A stretch of 61,354 nucleotides of DNA, counting the filler, from Globobulimina sp. (taxonomy: Eukaryota): the NCBI GenBank assembly GCA_003354225.1. It is 21 parts of 21 records of this genome, joined end to end, with 100 filler letters (N's around TTAATTAATTAA, not from the genome) between each part and the next. Parts side by side here need not be neighbours in the genome. Positions count along the whole stretch, not along the records: positions 1 to 2,829 come from PIVH01004712.1; positions 2,930 to 5,757 come from PIVH01004713.1; positions 5,858 to 8,685 come from PIVH01004714.1; positions 8,786 to 11,613 come from PIVH01004715.1; 17 more parts are not named here. The stretch is one strand, 5' to 3'. This document shows, in pieces, positions 1 through 11,713 of this stretch. The notes under the pieces are model-generated. The model did no database searches, had not been told where the DNA came from, and was given only the letters and a program-made list of their open reading frames with translations. Made by a program: the position numbers and the translations under genes. Every line of letters starts with the position of its first letter. Positions within the stretch are counted from its first letter, which is position 1.

Positions 1-1771
1 AACTGTAATACCTGCGATATATATTCCGGGTGGGACTCAAAAAAGACATTATATCGATGGATAACCTCGAAATACTTCAATAATATCTTTGGATGCGGGT
101 GTTTGGTACAAATGTTTGCTTTTAAACTGTATTCAAATAAGTTAACCAACTTATTATTATTCCGGATTAACTGATCGATATTCTTATGATGGAATCCCTC
201 GCAAATCTTGTATATTAAATGCAAATCACTTTCAATATTCTGCCATCTCAGCGCATCGTCATTAGATTTCCGGTCATTGCCATTGTGCTGTGACTGTGAG
301 ATGATTTGACAGGTTTTGCTGAAATGATTGCCAATTAAATTCAACATATAATGCGGATAAGTCCTGGTCATTGAAGTGATTAATTTGTCCAAGTGCTCCT
401 TTCTATATTCGTCAAACTCTGCCTCTGCGTCATCCGGATCATCGATATCATATTCCAACGGATAGCATAAATGGTTCGAGATCAATGCAACGGTCTCATT
501 AAATACTGTCTGTTCCCTTTCATTCGTATTAATATGTTCCGACTCCGCCGTATTTGTGCTGTTTTTATTGCGGTCATTTTGCCGTTTGGTCATATTCCAA
601 AAGCAAAATAAAAACGTACAACATTCTTGATTCACTTTGTACGATGGATGCGAGAAATATTTGAGCGATAACTCATAGCACTCAAATATCACAAATTGCG
701 CATTTTGTACGTCGTCCTTACAGCAGCCGGTTAGCTCAACGCCGATCCCTTCGATCAGCCCAGTTATGGACTCTGCAAATCGCAATTTGGCGTCGTTTGC
801 TTCGTTGGTTCCGTTTATATCGATTTTGTTGATGATTTGCAATATTTTCATAGCTTGCAGCAATTCGAATTTCTTGCTGTAATCCATGCGTTTGGTCACG
901 ATCTCATACAAACAGTCAACGCTTTCATTTTGAAAGGATGCAATCTCCAAAAATTTGTACAATATGGCTAGGAAACGAGGCGCAGAGATGTATGAAATGT
1001 CAATCCATGAAATATATTTATCCATTGTGACGAGACATTGTTGGCATAATTTAATGTCGTATTTGTTATAATTTGTTAAAAATAAATACCAAATTTCGAC
1101 AATTTGCTGAACATCATATTGACGCATCTTGTCTTTGACTTTGTTGTTTAATGCGAGTTGCTCGCGACATTCATTTCTATTCTCATGGATGGACCAATTT
1201 AAATCTTGTAATATGCGATAAAATATGTCCCACACTCCATGCGTTAAGCCGTCACTGTTGTTGTTATGTTTCAATATTTCGAGTAAATCACTGAAAAAGG
1301 AGTCCCATGAAACTAAATATTGTTTTTTCATCAGTTTGACTAAGATTTGAGCGATTTTCTCGCGAACGTGTGCAGGGATGGATGCGTATAAACTGTCTTT
1401 GCTACAAACGTGGCGGATGAATGATAATAACAACTGGTTTAAAAGAATAATGCATTCGTTGTCTAGTTCATGCCATCTGAGTGCGGGAGTAATCAAAAAC
1501 AAAGAGGAAATTTCTTGAGAATGTACATGATCGATAAATAGAGCACGTACCGTTTATCAATGCTATGTTGTATGACATGCAAACAATAGAATAAAACTGG
1601 GGGATCCATGGTATTACCAAATAAATTAATGGCTAATTTAAGTCCATTCTTCGAGGTTTTAATGCTTTGCAAGTATGTGTCTGCTGCGTCTCGTTCTGGT
1701 TTGGAAGACGATGAATTGTAAGAAACAAACAACGCCTTACATATTGATTGTTTTGTAGGCTGTGACTGCAT
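1..1771 (-). CDS. XPOT: Exportin-T (tRNA export receptor, importin-beta family), 3' partial
   Basis: Exon 1 1771-1551, GT-AG intron 1550-1477, exon 2 from 1476 towards the window edge. Spliced translation has HVREKIAQILV..QYLVSWDSFFSDLL, KDKMRQYDVQQIVEIWY, YISWIDISYI..RF, DCLYEIVTKRMD, collinear with exportin-T/Los1. Confidence 0.88.
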
Positions 1772-2205
1772 TATTAATGTTTAATGTGCGTTTGATGTGT
1801 TAGGGTGTAATGGTTAAAGCAAAAAAAGTATACGTCAGCATTTTTGTGGGAGCATGATGACTTCAAAAAAGTTTTGCGACTGAGTCAACACTAGAGTTAT
1901 TTAACCACAACTGGACCGAAAACATTTTGTTTACAATGATTTTATGATGATTTATTGATCACTTAGTCGCTTTATTATCAATATATGAATATCGTTTCTT
2001 GTCGAATAACAACAGAAATTTGAAAACATCCGAAGGACGACTGGAGAACATACAAACATTTGTTCATAATTTCGGACATATTTATGATTAATTAGTTGAT
2101 TATTATAGTATAGTACGTGAAACATTAATACAATCAACAAAATGTCAATAGTTGACAAAAAAAAGGTAAATATACCTTTCACAATTTGTTAATATGTAGA
2201 TTTTT

Positions 2206-2614
2206 TTATTTTGATTTAGCGGCTTCTTTTGCAACAATTTCATTTTTTGTCTCAATGGCTGCAATAATGGTATGTGTCCACGCTGCTTTCTCTTCTTTGC
2301 TAGCTTTTAACCCAAAATGATCCTTAATACGTGCACTATGTATCATTCATGTTTATAATGTTGGAATGTAGGACGAATGTACAAATCAGAAACAAAATGT
2401 CAAAAGAAAACGTCATATACCTGACACCAGAAAATGAGCATTCCAATAATTCTTTTTTAGAATTAACTTGTGAATCATCTAACCATTCAGCTATTATTTC
2501 CTTCATCATGTCATTCGATACTGGGTAATCTTTCTCACTTTGCAATGCTTGTTGTAAGAAGGTTGTGATCCATTGCTCATCGTCATTACCATTATTCTTT
2601 GCCTCCATTGCCAT
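2206..2614 (-). CDS. Small hypothetical protein (~107 aa), 2 exons
   Basis: Exon 2614-2421, GT-AG intron 2420-2336, exon 2335-2206; splicing keeps the frame (..SGVSARIKDHFGLKASKEKKAAW..KSK*). Confidence 0.55.
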
Positions 2615-2715
2615 TTTGTTTGGTTTATTTTTAATTTTATGAATATGAATAGGTTGTTGTTTAGGTGTTTGTTTCGAGGATTTTAGTTAATTGTTGACAA
2701 AGTTTTTTCACTGAA

Positions 2716-2777
2716 TCTTTAGCAGAAGAATATTACAATGGCAATGTCTTTAGCAGAAGAATATTGTAATGGCAATA
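2716..2777. repeat. 31-bp tandem duplication
   Basis: tctttagcagaagaatattacaatggcaatg followed by tctttagcagaagaatattgtaatggcaata. Confidence 0.9.
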
Positions 2778-2829
2778 TCATGCATTGTCTAAAATTAAAT
2801 CGAATTATCAACACGATAAAATGGTATGG

Positions 2830-2929
2830 NNNNNNNNNNNNNNNNNNNNNNNNNNNNNNNNNNNNNNNNNNNNTTAATTAATTAANNNNNNNNNNNNNNN
2901 NNNNNNNNNNNNNNNNNNNNNNNNNNNNN
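2830..2929. other. Artificial contig linker (first of 20 identical 100-bp linkers)
   Basis: N44-TTAATTAATTAA-N44 (stops in all six frames). Others start at 5758, 8686, 11614, 14542, 17470, 20398, 23326, 26253, 29180, 32107, 35033, 37959, 40885, 43811, 46735, 49659, 52583, 55507, 58431. Contig lengths never increase along the window (2829 to 2824 bp). Confidence 0.99.
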
Positions 2930-3411
2930 ACATTGGAGCTACGGTGACTACTTCGATTCTAATATTTATATTATTTAATATGCCGTATAAATCACCCATT
3001 ATTGATAGGTTGCATTTATTATCGTGGGCGAATTTAACTATTATTATTTTAGCTACATTAGCATATCAAAGTGTTGATGAAATAAAGCCATGGCATAATA
3101 TTATAATGGATATTATATTATTGTGTGTATTGTCGCTGGTATTTATTACATTTTGGGCGCATGAAATAACGGGTCAAACCGTTCTAAAAACGTTTGAGAA
3201 ATTCGTTGAGAGAATTATTACACATAAAGCGAATGCAAATGATCATTTAATGGGATTGACACAAACTAAACAGAATGCAAATAGTAATGGCAGTGCAGAT
3301 TGGCAGAGATTAACAAGAAGAAATTTAGAGAATGATAAGTATTTGAAAGCATTAAAAACAAACGGACTTAACGGAGATCGAAATTCATTAAGTGCACAAC
3401 TCACAAATTAG
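2930..3411 (+). CDS. C-terminal fragment of a multi-pass membrane protein
   Basis: ORF from the contig edge with three hydrophobic helices and a PYK..IDRL motif, then a polar tail. Confidence 0.6.
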
Positions 3412-3461
3412 GCAAGAAATAAGAAAAAAGAAAATTGTAATAAAGAAATGACGCAGTGTAT

Positions 3462-4539
3462 TCACAAAAAATCACTCCATTTGCAAGATTTCTCGGCATG
3501 TGCACCTATATACTTTTCAGTTTGATAAATATTTGATTTATCCATTTCATGTTGTGACTGCAAAGCAATTTCAATATTATTTTTATTCTCATCCAAATCA
3601 ACACCAATCAGAATATTTGTATCACTTTGTGTTGCAATAAATTCTTCATCTGATTCTGACACATTTTTATTTAAATTATTTATATTTTGTGAAACAAATT
3701 TTGTTGTTGTTTCAAACTGTGGTGTTGCTGCCGCTGATAATGTAATATTTTGTGATGGAAATATTTGTGTTTGAGCTGGCTCACATTTATAATTATCCCC
3801 ATTTGAATCATTGTTGTCAGGTTTTTCATTTTTATGCCATATGTCCCAATTCCATTCGTCATCTTTGTCTTTTTTTATATTAAGTTTTCTTTTTTTTAGT
3901 TCTGGTTCATAATAATTATCATTTATAAGTTGTATTTGATCGATATCTTTCTGTCAATTTATATTCAAAAATTAAAATTTTCTACGACTGACTGAATTTA
4001 AATAGATTTAACTGTTATTTTTGTTGGAATTTGCAAAACAAATTGGTTGTCGACGTCTTGATTATTATTGTTATGTGTTTCATTTTTATTATCTGTATCT
4101 GATTTAAATTGAATCCATTTATTTTGTGTGGCTTCTTCTTGAATTTGTTGTTCATTTATTTCATTTATTTGAGTGATATTATTTTGTAAATATTTATCAA
4201 TTCCATCGTATGCTTCTTGTTCTTGTCTGTCGTATTCAGCACGTTTTTTATTTAATTCTACGATTACTTATAAAAATAATTATGCAATTATTGAAATCAA
4301 ACGATCGAAAGAATATACTCAACATTGTCGAATATTTTTTGCTCTATCACTTGTTCCATAAATCTGTGAATGAATGAAATAATATTCATAAGATTATTAT
4401 GATAATAATTTAAAATATTAACTCTTCGCACTGATTGCTTGCTTCCGCAAATTGGACATTTCCATTTTTTCACTTTTTTCTTTTGTTGATTTACAAATGC
4501 TTTGCAATTGAAACAACGAACGGCCCAAAATTCAGGCAT
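3462..4539 (-). CDS. MRNIP: MRN complex-interacting protein (UPF0544 zinc ribbon), multi-exon
   Basis: AVRCFNCKAF..QQKKKVKKWKCPICGSKQSV; introns 4422-4364 and 4323-4267 give IYGTSDRAKNIRQLIVELNKKR. A third intron near 4012-3947 (boundaries uncertain) links to a frame ending KWSDFL* at 3462. Confidence 0.8.
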
Positions 4540-4613
4540 TATATTATATTATTGTTGAATAATAATGTTATATATCATCTCAAAACATTTATTTAAGCTT
4601 TCTAGTCAGCATC

Positions 4614-5757
4614 ATGGGAACTTGTGATACTTTGCCACAAAATAGAAAAATGCTCTCACTCGTATCCATTCTCATTTTACTAAGCATTGCATGCATTGTT
4701 TGCTTACGAAGACACTACACTACATTCCATAACACCAACGTGTTAACACAGTCCCAGTTTAACGATTTTATATCACCAAACAATGCACAACTTGAGAACA
4801 TAAATCCTATTCCTTATCACAAATACATGAAAAAAATAAAACATGTATCACCAAACAGTACAAATACATTAACCAACCATTTCCATCGGCAGTCCACCGA
4901 ACATATATCTCATATTCAAAACATAATCAATGCGTACATCAATCAATTATCAACCAAAGATTATGACACTTTCAACCAAGACATATTGCTCAATAACACC
5001 ACCTTTCATCATTTATCATTTAAATTTTTGTTTTCTGCCATACACAATCGAACCATATGGTTCCACGGAGACTCTTTCTGTCGCAAATTTTGGCGATATG
5101 TTGTATTTATAATGCACCACAAATACATGAATAACACTGCAAATATGGACATACAAAGTGGGGAAAAGGGTATACTTTCACCATTACTCGACGAAGAAAA
5201 CAATATCGCATTGAATTTATCATTATCAATCAAGGAAAAATCGGCTGAGTGGCTAGTAACGCATGAAATGCACAACATTGGTGTGGCTACAATGGACAGC
5301 TATAAAGTTGGTAATGTGGAAGAACGTTCATGGTACACAATATTTGAGAGCTATTTTATCAAATTAATACTGACAGCTCACAGTCTGAAACAGAATCCGT
5401 TCATATATGAAGCTCAATTTCTCCATTTAAATAAATATCTATTCATGCCACCAACATCTGGTTTGGATGTCTTATTTATCAACTTTCAGGCCTTGCATCT
5501 AATGCATTTGTTACCAGCTCGGAAATTCGAACCGTTTGCTATTGAGAGCATCAAAAAGTTAGAAACGCATTTTGACAAAGTTACGGAGCTCGCAGTGGCT
5601 GCCAACAGTGTCAAGTGTGTGATATTCCGTCCTCCGAATCCAATTTGCCTCAATATGTACAAGGATGATTGGGTTGGACTGTCTGAGTTTTTTCAGAATA
5701 AAATTGTGAATATGAGTGAAGCTGAAATAAGCAATCATGGCAAAAGAAAGAAATGTT
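4614..5757 (+). CDS. Type II membrane SGNH/PC-esterase-like acyl-esterase, 3' partial
   Basis: N-terminal TM anchor, stem region, then RTIWFHGDSFCR (GDS nucleophile motif of the PC-esterase/TBL/NXPE group). Confidence 0.6.
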
Positions 5758-6058
5758 NNNNNNNNNNNNNNNNNNNNNNNNNNNNNNNNNNNNNNNNNNN
5801 NTTAATTAATTAANNNNNNNNNNNNNNNNNNNNNNNNNNNNNNNNNNNNNNNNNNNNTTTTAGTGCTGCACATTCTGGGTTTGAATCAGTTAATTGTTCG
5901 GCTAATAACAGGTTAACTGCACTAGAAGACATCACCTTATTCAAAACTTGCCAGACTGAACTCCGGAACACACAATTTTGATAATGTGAATTTGTGCATT
6001 TTGATAATAATTTGATATCATTGAAATAATAACTATAAAAAGAATAAATAAATAAATT

Positions 6059-7537
6059 TTAAGATTTACATTGCTCGTCAGTTTGATTTGCAATATATTT
6101 CAACTTTTTGTCAGGGTCAACATTTAATTCAAATGATTCACTTATTCCATCGACAATAGTTTGCATTGTAAATTTAATAATTGATTTTCCATCATACGTT
6201 TTCATTGCATTTGACCACGCTTTTACTTTTTGATAAAAAGTCTGATTATTTAAAACATATTCAATTGCATCCATCAACTCCGTCGAAGTAAAATCTGTAA
6301 CATTTAATGGTTGATATGATACGCCGATTCGTTTTGATTTCTCAGCATTTAAAGGTTGATCAAATTGAAAAGGAATTGTAATAGAGGGAACAGAATGAAA
6401 TATCGCTTCTTGAACATGGCCATATCCACCATGACAAACTAATAATTTTACTCTTTCATGGTCCAATATAATTGTTTGTGGTATCCATTCGGTATAATTA
6501 TAAAATTTAAATCTATTCGTTCTGCCATATTTTGTCAATAATTCATGTTCAACCTTATGACGATGAATACTTTTAAATATAACATAATATGCATCATATT
6601 TACTATCCTTATTTGTCAATATTTCATTTAATACACTAAATATTTGTTCATCTCTATGCTTTAATGGCTCCATATTATGCCATAATGTCCCAAATGAAAA
6701 GAATATCACCTTCTTATCTGACGATAACGCATCTAACCAATTTATAATTTCATGAGAGTTTAATAAGTATTTATTCCTTTCACTTCTAATTGGACCAATA
6801 AATTGTATTTGAGGCACTAAATAATTCGGATATTCATAGCCAGGAATGGAAGGTATCCATAAAAACCTTGTCATTGAATCCCAACTTTCTTTTTGTGTTT
6901 TAATGGAGACATTAAAATCTTGTCTAATTTGATTAAAATAAGGTGTTAATAAATGAACTTGGAAGGTTTCGTCTGATCCACTTTTTGGAATAATATTATC
7001 AGAATCATAATAAATAAAATCATACATTTTATCTAACATTGGATACATAAATGCTTCAATCTGAAAATCTATACGTTTTAGATTTAATATGTCCGATATT
7101 ATAGTTCCACATAAATCCCATGTTTGGATAATGGAGAAATCAAACGATATATTTCTTAATTTATTCATTATTTCGTCATCGGATAAAACGCGAATACAAT
7201 TTTGTTGATGCATTGATAGCCATAAGTCAATATTGTAGGAAGTTAACATTCCACGGGCAGCATGATAAGGATAAGTCGCATTAAATTCCAATAAATGGAT
7301 ACTGTCCGGAGTGTCATCATAATGAATCATATGGGCACAACAATCTGGTCGTAACAGAAATATTTCATAATTTGTAATGTTTGCAATCTTTAATGATAAA
7401 TATTTCTGTGTCACTTCCTCTGATGGCAAACAAGTAAATACCGTGGAAAATATTTGAATTTTCTTATCAATAATTACATCAGAATAACAACTATAAAAGG
7501 TATAAAACATAAACGTTAATATACATAACATTTGCAT
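6059..7537 (-). CDS. UDP-glycosyltransferase (GT1/UGT family)
   Basis: FFSFGT and the UGT signature WIPQTIILDHERVKLLVCHGGYGHVQEAIFHSVPSITIPFQFDQPLNA. Start placed at MQMLC (signal peptide, ATG 7537). Confidence 0.92.
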   Translation of the reverse strand: MQMLCILTFMFYTFYSCYSDVIIDKKIQIFSTVFTCLPSEEVTQKYLSLKIANITNYEIFLLRPDCCAHMIHYDDTPDSIHLLEFNATYPYHAARGMLTSYNIDLWLSMHQQNCIRVLSDDEIMNKLRNISFDFSIIQTWDLCGTIISDILNLKRIDFQIEAFMYPMLDKMYDFIYYDSDNIIPKSGSDETFQVHLLTPYFNQIRQDFNVSIKTQKESWDSMTRFLWIPSIPGYEYPNYLVPQIQFIGPIRSERNKYLLNSHEIINWLDALSSDKKVIFFSFGTLWHNMEPLKHRDEQIFSVLNEILTNKDSKYDAYYVIFKSIHRHKVEHELLTKYGRTNRFKFYNYTEWIPQTIILDHERVKLLVCHGGYGHVQEAIFHSVPSITIPFQFDQPLNAEKSKRIGVSYQPLNVTDFTSTELMDAIEYVLNNQTFYQKVKAWSNAMKTYDGKSIIKFTMQTIVDGISESFELNVDPDKKLKYIANQTDEQCKS

Positions 7538-7676
7538 TGTTCTAAAAAGATTTTGGCTACAAAAAAATTTACTACACTGAGCCGGGGGTCGCTGAAATTG
7601 AATACAAAGAGAAGACAAAAATATTATGCTTTGTATTATTGCTAATATAAGCTGTAAAATTAAATACATTGTCCAA

Positions 7677-8685
7677 TCATAAATTATCGTATGTTTCCCA
7701 TCCGGAATAGCTGCAGGAAACCCATAATACATTGAAACACCACGGATGCCATAAACCAGAGCAAGAACAATAATAATCATGCACATAACATCCCTGCCAA
7801 CATTCACAATCACCACAAATTGAACTCCAACAAGCACAATCTGGGCCACATCGACCATAACATTTATTACCACAGTGATCAATGGGCGAACCACAATTTC
7901 CTAACCTCCGATAGCTCAAATCATCCAATTGCAATTGTTGTGTATCACCAATATTATTAATCCAATGTCCCTGTTGTTTGGATGAATAAATTATATCATT
8001 TGTTTTGCTAACTTCATCATTCAAAAACGATATCCAGTCAACATTCGCATTTTGTGCCACCATAAATATCCATTCAGCGGAGGAATGTATTGAATGTATC
8101 ACTTTATTCATATTTCCTAAATAACCCAAACTCGCTAATTTTATGGATAATTCCACATAATGCTTAGCAATATCACTGCTAAAAAATGATTTAATCGCTG
8201 CTTGTTGCGGCTCGCTCACTGTCACTGATATATTCCCTTCGAATGCAATTGTTGTCGCATGACCCGCTGAATCATATATTTCAAATTCGCTCCTTCTTTC
8301 AGTCACATGATTCAATTTAAAACCTGTCCATTGTTCATTGTCTTGATCAATATCCATATTACAAAATACAACACTTTCTGTAGTGATATTGGATATTGAC
8401 GCAAAATGATAATTAATATCATCAGTCAGTAAATGTCCTGCCATCTCAATTGCTGTATCTACTTTGACCAATAATGCATCCGAAGGTAATACATATTCTT
8501 CAATGGGAACAATAGCTACTTTTGATTCAGTTGACTCTGACTCACTTAATTTAATAGATAACACAATTATTGCTGTCAATGTCACGACAACAACTAATAT
8601 CAACAAAGGAATGACTTTTGCTTTTTTGTTGGATTCTTGTTGAAGAAGCGGAACCTGTTCACATTGCAAACCTGAGGAGTCAAAC
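7677..8685 (-). CDS. Membrane-anchored precursor with a C-terminal 14-Cys domain, 5' partial
   Basis: TM segment, ~210-aa pro-region, YRRLG site, then 14 Cys in ~75 aa (CYGRCGPDCACWSSICGDCECWQGCYVHDYYC). Confidence 0.75.
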
Positions 8686-8785
8686 NNNNNNNNNNNNNNN
8701 NNNNNNNNNNNNNNNNNNNNNNNNNNNNNTTAATTAATTAANNNNNNNNNNNNNNNNNNNNNNNNNNNNNNNNNNNNNNNNNNNN

Positions 8786-10076
8786 TTTGTTTGGATTTGT
8801 TTTTTCGATTCCTAATATTGACGTAAATAGTCAATGGCTTCTAACTGATGCAATTAATGAAGATAGGACCTATAATTGGTCTGTATTTATATCCTCCTGT
8901 TTATGGCTACATTGTGGCTTTGATAAACTTTCGTGTGTTACTGGAGAAACCGTTAAGTTGACGATATTTAAACTTATTCCGCAAACTTATACTTTTCACA
9001 AGATTTGCATATGTTTGCCACAGTTTGCTAATAAGTTAAAATAATATGTTGAGAGCAGTATAAATCCGATAAATGTGTGTATTGAGGAGTGTGCATGTTG
9101 AGTATCATCGGATTTATACTGCCAACAAATATGTCAACTTTACTTTGTTTTAATATCTATATTCCAGAAATTTATGTATAAAAACTTTTTTATTGCATTT
9201 GTATTGGCGATAATATTTGCGTGGCTTACTTATACATTGCCGTTAATTGCTGCTCTCACTGTGGATTATTCAAATAGTGACTGGAATAAAGGATATTTAT
9301 TGGAAGCCTATGAGCAGATATTGCCAGGAATTAAATATTTTGTACTGTTCGGTGGTGTTTTGTCGTGTTTCTCGATATATGTTGTATTATTATCCGCATA
9401 TGCCAGAGCAGTCTGTGCCAGTGCACAGCCATTCATTTTGATTACAAACAAAGGCAAAATACTGATGATGGACGATAGTAACTATGAAGATGAGATAATG
9501 TATTTAGACCGATTAGATTCAGAATTGCGCGATGAGAGCAATATTGAGGATGTAAGTGATGATATCGAGCAATCGTATGAGGAGGAGGAGGAGGATGAGG
9601 CGACTGATGATGATCGATTTTTTGCATCAAATAGCCGATATTCTAAAAAAATAAGAGTAGCCATATGTCCTTCATGGATCGGACATTATTGGCCAAGGAC
9701 TGGTGCGCCCGCAAGAGCTGTTATTATACAATCCATTATCAATTGTTTTTTAATTGCGTTATCCTATGAGGTTTTAATTCAAATCACAATGTTTTTTTAT
9801 GCATTGACATGGTTATTGGAGTTTGCAGCATTTATGAAATTAAAATATAATGAAGCTGCAGTATTTAGGCCATTTGTGGTTCCATTTGGATTGTTTGGTG
9901 CGTGGCTTATAACAATTGTCAAAATAATGGTTATATTGACTGTTGTTGTAGTAACTGCAATATATGAGTTTAAAATATTGCTCATTGCAATTGGCTATAA
10001 TTTGGTCGTTCTAATTTTATATGGAATTCGTGTGTATTATTTGCAATCAAAGAGAGTGAAATTTACAAAAAATTAA
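8786..10076 (+). CDS. APC-family amino acid/polyamine transporter, 5' partial
   Basis: LWLHCGFDKLSCVTGET, intron 8952-9167, then KFMYKNF..; TGAPARAVI and LLEFAAFMKLK..RPFVVP as in LAT/PUT-type permeases. Confidence 0.82.
8952..9167 (+). other. 216-bp intron folding into a three-way junction
   Basis: Closing stem 8955-8969/9127-9140; hairpin 1 8971-8987/9022-9037; hairpin 2 is a perfect 16-bp stem 9055-9070/9107-9122. Confidence 0.75.
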
Positions 10077-10219
10077 TTGTACAATCTGTTATATTTTTCG
10101 AATTATATTTTTCGAATTATTTTTTCCTTCACAAAAAAAGTTAAAAAACGTTTCAGTGTAAGCCATGAAAACGATCTACACTCCCAGTAAATTGTAAATG
10201 GTTAATTAGCAGATCCATT

Positions 10220-11613
10220 ATGAAAGAAACAACAGAATTACTATCACATAATCTCAATGGACAAGATTCCGAGAAGTATACAGTTACAGCATCGGATCTA
10301 ATGCCTATACAAAGTGCGAGCGTATCCCCAACCAACATTATTTTCGATTACATGTATTTTGTGGCAGGAATAATATCATATGGCATTGTAACAAGTTTCC
10401 AAACATCGATATCACCAATAACTGACGTATTACAATCCGAATTGGATATAACGTTGTCGCAAATTGGTTTATTATCTGCAGTAATGTTTTTAACATATTT
10501 TCTGTTTCAAATCCCCGGTGGCATATTATTGCAGCACTATTCATATCGATTGATGTTACTCATTATTTTTATTGGTTTGAGCATTTCTGTTTTATTATTT
10601 GGTGCTATAAATTCTTTTACATTTGCTGTTATTTTAAGAGGAATTGGCGGCATCTTTTCTTCCCCGGCATGGATCACTATAATTACAGTAACGGGGCAGA
10701 ATTTTGGCAATAATAAAATTTCATGGTTTGCTGGCATTGCTAGCATTGTTTCTTATGCTTCGAATGTATGCTGTATTGTGTTACAGGGATATTTATATGA
10801 AAAATACCATATTTGGAGGGAGGTATTTTATGCTATTGGCATTATAGGAACATTGACTATAATTTGTCTGATATTTTGCATTGTTTTTGAGAATGGAAAC
10901 AAGCAACCGTCAAAATCATGGATTATGGCTTTATCGATCAGCAATTTATCACAGAAAAAATTGAAAAAAATTGATTCCAATATGGATGAATCGAAAAACA
11001 TTGCCGGAACGTTCAATAAATTGCAAAAAGCAATGCAAAATTATTTAAATTGGACATTAGGAGTACTCGGGTTTTGTTTCTATACAATGCAGGCCTCAGT
11101 TTTTGGTTTATGGTTAATACCGTATTTAATGTTAAAATTATCATATTCACGAAGTTATGCATCTTTGTTGAGTGGAATATGTATTATTTGTTCGGGTATT
11201 GGTTCATTATTATTTGGTTATATTTCAACAACGTTAAAGAAACGAAAAATATTATTAATTGTCGGAATGATTTGGGTTTGCCCTGTTTTTATATTGATTT
11301 ATTTGGATAAACAATATGTTGGCCATGTTGCGGTGATTATAATTTGTGCAGTTACGGGTATTGGTGTTGGTGCAAACTGTATCTTATTTACGTTAGTCAG
11401 AGAATATAATATTATATATGACATAGAAGAGACTGCGACAGGTTTTATGAATGCAATTATGGTCTCATCGGGTTTAATCTCACAATATCTGATAGGATTT
11501 TTGATTGATTATCATTGGAAGATTCGACATAAATTCGACATAAATACTCAAGCTGATATTCGTGAATATGATGTTACTGATTATAACTTTGCATTTTCAT
11601 GTGTTCTCCCCAC
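10220..11613 (+). CDS. Major facilitator superfamily transporter, 3' partial
   Basis: About 12 hydrophobic helices; QIGLLSAVMFLTYFLFQIPGGILL, ILRGIGG and TATGFMN motifs. Confidence 0.9.
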
Positions 11614-11713
11614 NNNNNNNNNNNNNNNNNNNNNNNNNNNNNNNNNNNNNNNNNNNNTTAATTAATTAANNNNNNNNNNNNNNNNNNNNNNNNNNNNNNN
11701 NNNNNNNNNNNNN

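Noticed and set aside
7538-7894. N-terminal 119 aa of the 611-aa ORF overlapping the Cys-rich gene
   Set aside because: Starts at a GTG in a shifted frame of the upstream gene; the UGT has its own ATG and signal peptide at 7537.
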